From Halomicronema hongdechloris C2206 (GTDB lineage: Bacteria; Cyanobacteriota; Cyanobacteriia; Phormidesmidales; Phormidesmidaceae), in assembly GCF_002075285.3 (NCBI RefSeq), contig NZ_CP021983.2, positions 1,800,001 through 1,832,000 of the forward strand: a stretch of DNA of 32,000 nt. Reading direction: 5' to 3'. Shown one piece after another: positions 25,806 to 32,000 of this stretch (the first letter of the stretch is position 1; the number at the start of each line of letters is the position of its first letter). Both the position numbers and the translations under genes were made by a program. The notes beneath the pieces are model-generated. The model saw only the letters and a list, made by a program, of their open reading frames with translations, was not told the origin of the DNA and made no database searches.

Positions 25806-27512
25806 CTACTGACGCACAGCCACGTCGTAGACCTCCTGGTCTAGGTCGACATTGACGACGTAGGGTTCAACCGGGCGCTTAAACAGCTCCATGGCCCCGA
25901 CCTCGCTCTTTTTCAGGTTGACGTGACAGAACCACTCTTGGTTATTCTTCTCGGGATAGTCGAGCCGGTAGTGATAAAGCCCCCAGCGGCTTTCCTGGCG
26001 AAATAGAGAGGCACGGGCCGCCATTTCGGCACAGTCGCGGATGAAGTGCACCTCCATGCAGCGCATCAACTCGTGGGGATCGCGGGCTCCCATCAGGTTT
26101 AGAGTGTCCTCATAGGCCCTGAACTTCTCCAGGCCGATGTCCATCTTGTAGGGGGATTTGGGCGGTTGCAAATAGTCGTTGACTAGCCGCCGCAGTTTAT
26201 ACTCCATTTGGGTATGGGGCACCCCTTCCGGCTGCTCTAGGGGCCGATAGATGCGGGCTTTTTCGGCGGCTAAAAACGCCTGGTCAGGCTCGACGTGGTC
26301 TAGGGCTTGCCCATACTCCATGGCATTTTCCCCGGCAATGCGGCCATAGACGAAAGCCCCAATCATGTAGTTGTGAGGCACACTGGCCATGTCCCCGGCG
26401 GCATAGAGACCGGGCACAGTGGTTTCGGCCTTGTCATTCACCCACACCCCCGAGGCGCTGTGGCCGCTGCAGAGGCCGATTTCTGAGATGTTCATCTCGA
26501 CCCCGTGGTAGCGGTAGTCTTCCCCGCGGCCGCCGTGGAAGCGTCCCCGACTGGGCCGCTCATTGGACCACAGAATCGACTCGATCTCCGAGATGGTGTC
26601 ATCATCGAGGTGGTACATCTTCAGGTGCACCGGGCCTTTGCCAGAGTTGAGCTCCTTCCACACCTCCAGCATCATCTGGCCGCTCCAGTAATCGCAGCTA
26701 ATGAAGCGGTGCCCTTCGGCATTAGCCGTGTAGGCCCCGAAGGGACTGGCCACATAGGCACAGGCAGGGCCGTTATAGTCTTTGATCAAGGGATTGATCT
26801 GAAAGCATTCGATGTTGGTAAGTTCGGCCCCGGCATGGTAGGCCATGGAGTAGCCGTCACCGGCGTTGGTGGGATTTTCATAGGTGCCGTAGAGATAGCC
26901 AGATGCAGGCAATCCCAGCCGCCCACAGGCCCCAGTGCAGAGCACCACGGCCTTGGCCTGAATCACCACGAAGTCACCGCTGCGGACATCGAAGCCCACG
27001 GCCCCAGTGACTCGGCCGTCCTGCACCATCACCCGGGTGGCCATGACCCGATTGGTCACCTTGACCTGGTGGCGCTTTACTTGGCGGGCCAGAATTTTTT
27101 TCAGGTCTTTGCCTTCCGGCATGGGTAAGACATACTTGCCGACCCGATGCACCTGCTTCAGGTCGTAGTTGCCTTCGTGGTCTTTCTGGAACTTGACGCC
27201 CCAGCTCTCCAACTCTTGGATCACCTCGAAGCCCAGGCGACCAGTTTGGTATACCGCCTTCTGATTTAAGATGCCATCGTTGGCGATGGTGATCTCGCGC
27301 ACGTACTGCTCTGGAGTGGAGTTGCCAGGGATGACGGCGGTGTTGACCCCATCCATCCCCATTGCGATCGCACCGCTGCGGCGAATATTGGCCTTCTCCA
27401 ACACCAGCACCTCGCTCTCGGGACTGGCCTGTTTGGCCTTAATTGCCGCCATGGTTCCAGCGGTACCGCCACCGACTACCAGAAAATCGGTCTTCAAATA
27501 CTGAGTATTCAC
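25806..27512 (-). CDS. FAD flavoprotein of the FrdA/SdhA superfamily, AprA (adenylylsulfate reductase alpha)-like, 568 aa
   Basis: GTG start with a GAGGGAG SD. FAD motif DFLVVGGGTAGTMAA. Blocks that line up by eye with Desulfovibrio AprA are EKANIRRSGAIAMGMDGVN, ELESWGVKF, RVTGAVGFDVRSGDFVVIQAKAVVLCTGACG, NAGDGYSMAYHAGAELTNIE, LCSGHSASGVWVN, TTVPGLYAAGD and HELMRCMEVH...FRQESRWGLYHYRLDYPE...WFCHVNLK. Confidence 0.8.
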   Translation of the reverse strand: MNTQYLKTDFLVVGGGTAGTMAAIKAKQASPESEVLVLEKANIRRSGAIAMGMDGVNTAVIPGNSTPEQYVREITIANDGILNQKAVYQTGRLGFEVIQELESWGVKFQKDHEGNYDLKQVHRVGKYVLPMPEGKDLKKILARQVKRHQVKVTNRVMATRVMVQDGRVTGAVGFDVRSGDFVVIQAKAVVLCTGACGRLGLPASGYLYGTYENPTNAGDGYSMAYHAGAELTNIECFQINPLIKDYNGPACAYVASPFGAYTANAEGHRFISCDYWSGQMMLEVWKELNSGKGPVHLKMYHLDDDTISEIESILWSNERPSRGRFHGGRGEDYRYHGVEMNISEIGLCSGHSASGVWVNDKAETTVPGLYAAGDMASVPHNYMIGAFVYGRIAGENAMEYGQALDHVEPDQAFLAAEKARIYRPLEQPEGVPHTQMEYKLRRLVNDYLQPPKSPYKMDIGLEKFRAYEDTLNLMGARDPHELMRCMEVHFIRDCAEMAARASLFRQESRWGLYHYRLDYPEKNNQEWFCHVNLKKSEVGAMELFKRPVEPYVVNVDLDQEVYDVAVRQ

Positions 27513-27686
27513 TTAAACACTCCCTCAGCGTTTACGGCAGTGAACAACACCAAGTCCAGGTTGAGATCGGGGGTTCAGACCACTAGATCTGGGCTTGGAT
27601 GAGATTTCAATCAACGGGGAAATATGCTTTGCCTGCATCCAGCCCTGGCAGCCCTGGAGAAACAATTCCCATCAAGGTTCTCCTTA

Positions 27687-27726
27687 TTGACTAGAGCTGA
27701 ACATTGACTAGCGCTAAACTGACTAG
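27687..27726. promoter_or_regulatory. three direct repeats of (T)TGACTAG spaced 17 and 15 nt
   Basis: TTGACTAG at 27687-27694 and 27704-27711, and CTGACTAG at 27719-27726, with further TGAC half-sites at about 27731 and 27747. They lie in the divergent aprA-like/LysR intergenic region. Confidence 0.35.
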
Positions 27727-27861
27727 ATTCTGACATCGGAAAAGCGACTGACAAAAACCGCTGTTTCTAATGCCTTTTACAGGATTCTAGAAAATACTCA
27801 ATGAGCCAGCAATGGCGTTTGTAACAGCTGCTACGGTTTCAAGATTCAAGTCTTTTATAGA

Positions 27862-27886
27862 CTCATAAAAAGTTTGAATATATGAG
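27862..27886. promoter_or_regulatory. inverted repeat CTCATA-N13-TATGAG, candidate LysR-type operator
   Basis: Perfect 6-bp arms in AT-rich DNA, ~92 nt upstream of the LysR GTG start. LysR regulators typically bind AT-rich dyads upstream of their own divergently transcribed gene. Confidence 0.35.
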
Positions 27887-27977
27887 CGACCCTGCATCGG
27901 CAAATGATTAATGAATAATTCCTGTAAATCTCACGGCAAATCTTAAGTTGAATGGCCCAATTGATTAGGAGGCTATC

Positions 27978-29987
27978 GTGGAAATTTACCAGCTTAAGGT
28001 GTTTTTAGAAGTGGCACGGTGCCTTAGCTTCACGGAAGCCGCCACTGCTCTAAATTTAACCCAGCCCGCCGTTAGCGCCAAAATCAAGTCTTTAGAAGCT
28101 GATCTGGATACTCCCCTGTTCAATCGCCTAGGGCGGCGAATTGAACTGACTCAGGTGGGGCAGTATCTGTTAGAAGAAGCTCCTTATCTAGTTGACTTAG
28201 AGGCTCAACTCATCGCTGAAATTGAAGATATAAAGCAGGGGAAGTTCAGCACGCTAAAAATTGGCTGCATGGCTGAACTCAATAATCACTGGCTACCCTC
28301 AGTGCTGTTTGAGTATCGTCGGCAATGGCCAAGTGTGCAGACCCGTTGCTGCCAGTTTGAATCCGCAGAAAAGTTATATCGTGCCATCAAAAATGGCGAT
28401 GCCGACCTTGGCTTTTCAGATCTGAGCTTTTCCGAGTTTGACGATCTATCGGAGACGGTGATCGATACCATTCACTACTCCCTGATTGCCTCCAGGAATC
28501 ATCGGCTGGCTCAGCAGCCATGGTTGAGCTTGAAGGAACTGCTGCATCAACCCTGGGTGCTATTACCTGACGGCAGCCCCAGTCGCATCATCTTTGAGAA
28601 ACGCCTGCGGGAGCTGGGCCTAAGCCTGGCTGACTTCACCCAGGTCGAAATTGTCGATGCCCCTGGCTTGGTGCGGACCTATGTGCTGCAGGGGCATTAT
28701 CTTAGCTTTATTGCCGACGTTGACTTGCAAATTGAGCAACAAGCCGGCTTAATTCAGGCCATCGCCCTAGAAGAATTTGCCTTGGGAACACCGCTGTTTC
28801 TGCTGATGTCGAAACGCCTAGCCCGGGCCTTAGCCCAACAGCCTATTCCCTTTCGAGGTCGCCAGGCCCTAGAGCCAATTCGCCAGTTCATCACCCTGCT
28901 GCATCAGCGGCAGTCGCCCCCAGCTCCCCAGCGGCAGACTGCGGCGACAGACTCTACTCCACCGCCTCCGGCCCGGTTTCAAGCCCCCCACTTCATCAGG
29001 CGGCCCCGGTCGAGCCAGCCTGGTGACACCCTCACGCTCACGATTGGCACTCAAAATCGCACTATCCAAACGGTAACGGCGGGGCTAATTATTCAACGGC
29101 TGGGGCTGCTAGAGCACTTCTTACCTCAGCAGGGTCGCTACAGGGGCACCCAGTATCAGATTCGCTGGTGGGACTACACCTCAGGGGCCCCCATTGTGGC
29201 TGGGTTGGCGTCGAAGCAAATTGATATCGGGGTCTTGGGGGACTACCCGCTCCTATTGAGTGCCATGCCCCCCCAGGGGACTGATGCCAACACCTGTCTG
29301 ATTAGCTTCGTGGCTAGTAATCCCGACGGTACCGGCAATGACATCATTGTGCCCCATCGCTCCCACCTTAGCCGTATCGAAGACCTCGAGGGCCGGGTGA
29401 TTGCGGTGCCGTTTAGTTCTGCTGCCCACAGCATGGTGATGCGATCGCTACACCATAAAAATTTGTTGGAGCAGGTTAGGCTCACCTCCATTGACAACCT
29501 CAATCCGCAACGGCTAATTAGCGATTTGGGGCAAGTAGATGGCTATGCCTACTTTGCACCGTTCCATGAAATCGCCAAGCACAAGGGACAGTGTCGTCGA
29601 CTGCTGGAAGACAACTTAGATGGCCTGCCGACCTTCCACGGCATCGTGGTGCAGCAAGAGTTGGCCAGTCAATATCCTGAGGTGGTGGTGGCCTACTTGC
29701 AGGCGTTGCTGGCGGCCCAGTATTGGTATGCCACCACACCAATGGCCGCAACCCTGGTCAGCCGCTGGGTCAATTTAGATGCGGCCATCGTGTCGAAGAC
29801 CTTACTCACCGGCGCCAGTGACTATACCCAGGGCGTGTTTTTCCCAGAGACTCATATCCGTGCTGACTGGGTCAGTGAACATGTCAACCAGCTCCAGCAC
29901 ATTGCCGGCCATGAGTATCTAGGCCAGATGAATCTGAATCACTGGATGCAGCCGGAATTTTTGCAGCGGGCGGTGGCGTCTCTTTAG
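27978..29987 (+). CDS. LysR-family transcriptional regulator fused to a C-terminal SsuA/TauA/NMT1-like solute-binding domain (669 aa)
   Basis: GTG start with a TAGGAGG SD. The wHTH is MEIYQLKVFLEVARCLSFTEAATALNLTQPAVSAKIKSLE. A full LysR effector domain spans residues ~90-295, followed by a Pro/Gln-rich linker (SPPAPQRQTAATDSTPPPPARF). The ~320-aa C-terminal domain has type-2 SBP motifs of the NitT/TauT family: YQIRWWDYTSGAPIVAGLASKQIDIGVLGDYPLL, IEDLEGRVIAVPFSSAAHSMVMRSL and VDGYAYFAPF. There is no signal peptide or TM segment. Confidence 0.85.
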   Translation: MEIYQLKVFLEVARCLSFTEAATALNLTQPAVSAKIKSLEADLDTPLFNRLGRRIELTQVGQYLLEEAPYLVDLEAQLIAEIEDIKQGKFSTLKIGCMAELNNHWLPSVLFEYRRQWPSVQTRCCQFESAEKLYRAIKNGDADLGFSDLSFSEFDDLSETVIDTIHYSLIASRNHRLAQQPWLSLKELLHQPWVLLPDGSPSRIIFEKRLRELGLSLADFTQVEIVDAPGLVRTYVLQGHYLSFIADVDLQIEQQAGLIQAIALEEFALGTPLFLLMSKRLARALAQQPIPFRGRQALEPIRQFITLLHQRQSPPAPQRQTAATDSTPPPPARFQAPHFIRRPRSSQPGDTLTLTIGTQNRTIQTVTAGLIIQRLGLLEHFLPQQGRYRGTQYQIRWWDYTSGAPIVAGLASKQIDIGVLGDYPLLLSAMPPQGTDANTCLISFVASNPDGTGNDIIVPHRSHLSRIEDLEGRVIAVPFSSAAHSMVMRSLHHKNLLEQVRLTSIDNLNPQRLISDLGQVDGYAYFAPFHEIAKHKGQCRRLLEDNLDGLPTFHGIVVQQELASQYPEVVVAYLQALLAAQYWYATTPMAATLVSRWVNLDAAIVSKTLLTGASDYTQGVFFPETHIRADWVSEHVNQLQHIAGHEYLGQMNLNHWMQPEFLQRAVASL

Positions 29988-30799
29988 GCGGCCTCCATGC
30001 TTTTGAGGGTCTCTTCCCGAATGCAGTCAAATACCTGCCGATGCAACGTCATAAAATCAGGGGAGAGGGTGTCATCAAAATGGCGGGGGCGACGCAGATG
30101 AATCGGGATCTCGGCTTTAATATGCCCTGGATGTACTCCCATGATGAAGATGCGATCGCACAGGAAAATTGCCTCCTCAATGTCGTGGGTGACAAAAATC
30201 ACCGTAGTTTTCAAATCACTCCAGATATCGAGCAGTAGCTCCTGCATCATGTGGCGGGTTTGGGCATCGAGGGCGGCAAAGGGCTCATCCATCAACAACA
30301 CCGATGGCGAATTTACCAAAGCCCGGACAATGCTAGCTCGTTGCTGCATTCCCCCCGACAGCTGGGCCGGATAGCTATGGCGATAGCGATAGAGCCCCAC
30401 CCGATTCAGGTAGTCATTGACCAACTCAGTGCGCTCAGCCTTAGCCATGCCACGGATCTTGAGGCCCAACTCAATATTCTGAAACGTCGTTTTCCAGGGC
30501 AACAACGAATACTGCTGGAAGACAAACCCCCGGTCGGCCCCCGGTCGACAAACCGGCTGTTGGTCTACCAAAATGTAGCCCTCCGAGGGCTTGAGAAAAC
30601 CGGCAATGCCATTGAGTAGGGTAGACTTGCCACAGCCAGACGGCCCTAACAAGCAGACAAATTCCCCCGGTTGAATACTGAGGTTAATAGCATCGAGCAC
30701 ATGATTGATGTGTCCCTTCCGTCTGAAGGTGACTGACAGCCCCTCCACTTGCACAGACCCCTTAACACTCTGCGTTTGCTGCAACTGTTGCATCAACAT
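29984..30799 (-). CDS. ABC transporter ATP-binding protein, NitT/TauT (nitrate/sulfonate/bicarbonate) family
   Basis: Walker A GPSGCGKST, Q-loop, signature LSGGMQQR, Walker B LLMDEPFAALD and H-loop THD. The size (271 aa) and sequence style match SsuB/TauB-type ATPases. Confidence 0.9.
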   Translation of the reverse strand: MLMQQLQQTQSVKGSVQVEGLSVTFRRKGHINHVLDAINLSIQPGEFVCLLGPSGCGKSTLLNGIAGFLKPSEGYILVDQQPVCRPGADRGFVFQQYSLLPWKTTFQNIELGLKIRGMAKAERTELVNDYLNRVGLYRYRHSYPAQLSGGMQQRASIVRALVNSPSVLLMDEPFAALDAQTRHMMQELLLDIWSDLKTTVIFVTHDIEEAIFLCDRIFIMGVHPGHIKAEIPIHLRRPRHFDDTLSPDFMTLHRQVFDCIREETLKSMEAA

Positions 30800-30893
30800 G
30801 ATTTTTCCAACCTAACGCGACAAATTGGCAGGGAACATGGGCTGAGGTTAGCCAGATCAAGCGGCAGTCTGAGCTAGCCAACGCCGCCAACCC

Positions 30894-31754
30894 TCAGGCA
30901 TCTTGCTTTTTAATCACCCGCCAAGGCATGAGGGCAGCCATGGTGCGATTGACAGCCCAAGAGCTGATTGCCCCCATCAAGCCAATCAGCAACATGCCCA
31001 TGACAATCGGTGGATAGTTCGAGGTGACGTAAGATTCCCAGGTGATATAGCCAATGCCGTAACGCCCCGCCAAGATTTCAGCGGTGACTAAACAAAACCA
31101 GGCATTGCCCATGCCGATGGTAAGACCACTGGCGATACTGGGTAGGGAGCCAGGCAAAACAATATCTTTGAAAATATGCCAGGATCTTGCCCCTAAACAC
31201 TGCCCCACCCGAATCAACACCGTGTCACTGAGAATGCTCTCCACCCCACGAATGGTGCTAATCAACACCGGGAAAAACGCCCCCACAAAGGTGATATAAA
31301 CCATGCCACTCTCTGCATTCGGAAACATCAAAATTGCCAGGGGAATCCAGGCCACTGCTGGAATCGGCCGCAGCAGCTCCAACGGAGGCATCAGCAAATC
31401 TTCAACCTTCTCGAACCAGCCCGCCAGCACCCCTAGAATGATGCCCAGGCATGAGGCCACGGCATAGCCAATCATGACCCGCTGAATACTCGAGCGAAAG
31501 TGAACCCACGGGTCAGTGGTGAAAAAGGTCAGCGTGGCTTTCAACACCTGCAGCGGAGACGGTATCAGCTGAAAATTTACGAAAAAGCTGAAGCCGATGT
31601 TGCATAGAAACTGCCAGCCGCCAAAGAAAATCACTAAGGCCAGCAGGCGCCGCGCTGAACGATTGGCAAAAAACAACGCCCTCAAAGCCATGGCCGTTTG
31701 ATAACGCCAGCCCCGCCGCGACTGCCGTGTCGCCTTCGAAGTCATAACTGCCAT
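30894..31754 (-). CDS. ABC transporter permease, NitT/TauT family (SsuC/TauC-like)
   Basis: ATG 31754 is preceded by GGAGAGGAAG. It has six TM segments and an EAA-type loop region (IRGVESILSDTVLIRVGQCLGARSWHIFKDIVLPGSLP). Confidence 0.9.
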   Translation of the reverse strand: MAVMTSKATRQSRRGWRYQTAMALRALFFANRSARRLLALVIFFGGWQFLCNIGFSFFVNFQLIPSPLQVLKATLTFFTTDPWVHFRSSIQRVMIGYAVASCLGIILGVLAGWFEKVEDLLMPPLELLRPIPAVAWIPLAILMFPNAESGMVYITFVGAFFPVLISTIRGVESILSDTVLIRVGQCLGARSWHIFKDIVLPGSLPSIASGLTIGMGNAWFCLVTAEILAGRYGIGYITWESYVTSNYPPIVMGMLLIGLMGAISSWAVNRTMAALMPWRVIKKQDA

Positions 31755-31801
31755 AGGGTCTTCCTCTCCAGCAGAGCACATCCGTTCATCCCAGGGGCAA
31801 C

Positions 31802-31833
31802 GACCTAACGCCGTCCTTAGATAGCGTTAGGTC
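31802..31833. promoter_or_regulatory. perfect 10-bp inverted repeat GACCTAACGC-N12-GCGTTAGGTC upstream of the permease gene
   Basis: Arms at 31802-31811 and 31824-31833, 48-79 nt upstream of the permease ATG. No U-tract follows on the minus strand. Candidate operator, or intercistronic/5-prime-UTR hairpin. Confidence 0.4.
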
Positions 31834-32000
31834 CACCAAGCCGGATGACCATTAGCAGCCACCTTACGCAGTTAGTGAAGTGCCCGTCTGTATTCCATAG
31901 GGCAGTAGTGATGCACATTCTCCGTAGATGGTCGGCTACAGCATTTCCTGGCTGGGTGCTGTAATCAGACTCAATGGCTGACTCAAGTTAGCGCCGACCT

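Noticed and set aside
26505-27128. 207-aa plus-strand ORF antisense to the aprA-like gene. Similar shadow ORFs include 9714..10490, 10171..10536, 5174..5437, 23826..24164 and 24643..24900.
   Set aside because: These are typical antisense or alternate-frame open stretches in GC-rich coding DNA. The sequences are low-complexity and Arg/Pro/Gly/Ala-rich, and they lie wholly inside genes with strong homology on the other strand or frame.
27607-27672. Calling the 21-codon SD-preceded upstream ORF a definite CDS feature.
   Set aside because: It is kept only as a finding. A single short ORF without conservation or expression evidence cannot be supported as a gene.

Overview
The window is a cyanobacterial chromosomal segment. 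Evidence for this: the HIP1 octamer GCGATCGC recurs at least 14 times by eye, petM, ycf39, plant-type petF, sulfiredoxin, pdxA and a SpoIID-like gene are present, and there are heptamer/octamer STRR-like tandem repeats. Coding DNA is GC-rich and several intergenic regions are AT-rich. Most genes are housekeeping or conserved hypothetical. I saw no CRISPR array, no transposase, integrase or phage genes, and no recognisable defence system. Two things stand out. (1) The right-hand ~8.5 kb (23.3-31.8 kb) has an AprA-like FAD flavoprotein and a truncated AprB-like 2x[4Fe-4S] ferredoxin. These are divergently paired with a 669-aa LysR regulator fused to a cytoplasmic SsuA/TauA-like solute-binding domain. 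Next to it is a NitT/TauT-type ABC importer (ATPase and permease), and downstream of the Apr-like pair lie a HEAT-repeat protein and an Mrp/ApbC Fe-S carrier. This looks like an uncharacterised, possibly organosulfur or sulfite-related, redox/uptake module with an unusual two-sensor regulator. (2) Three discrete patches (about 8.26-8.75 kb, 11.3-12.7 kb and 16.8-17.8 kb) carry dense frameshifts or a deletion that break five genes, while long neighbouring genes are intact. This means either local assembly or polishing failure, or genuine clustered gene decay. All homology calls come from motif recognition by eye; no searches were run, and start codons are best guesses.
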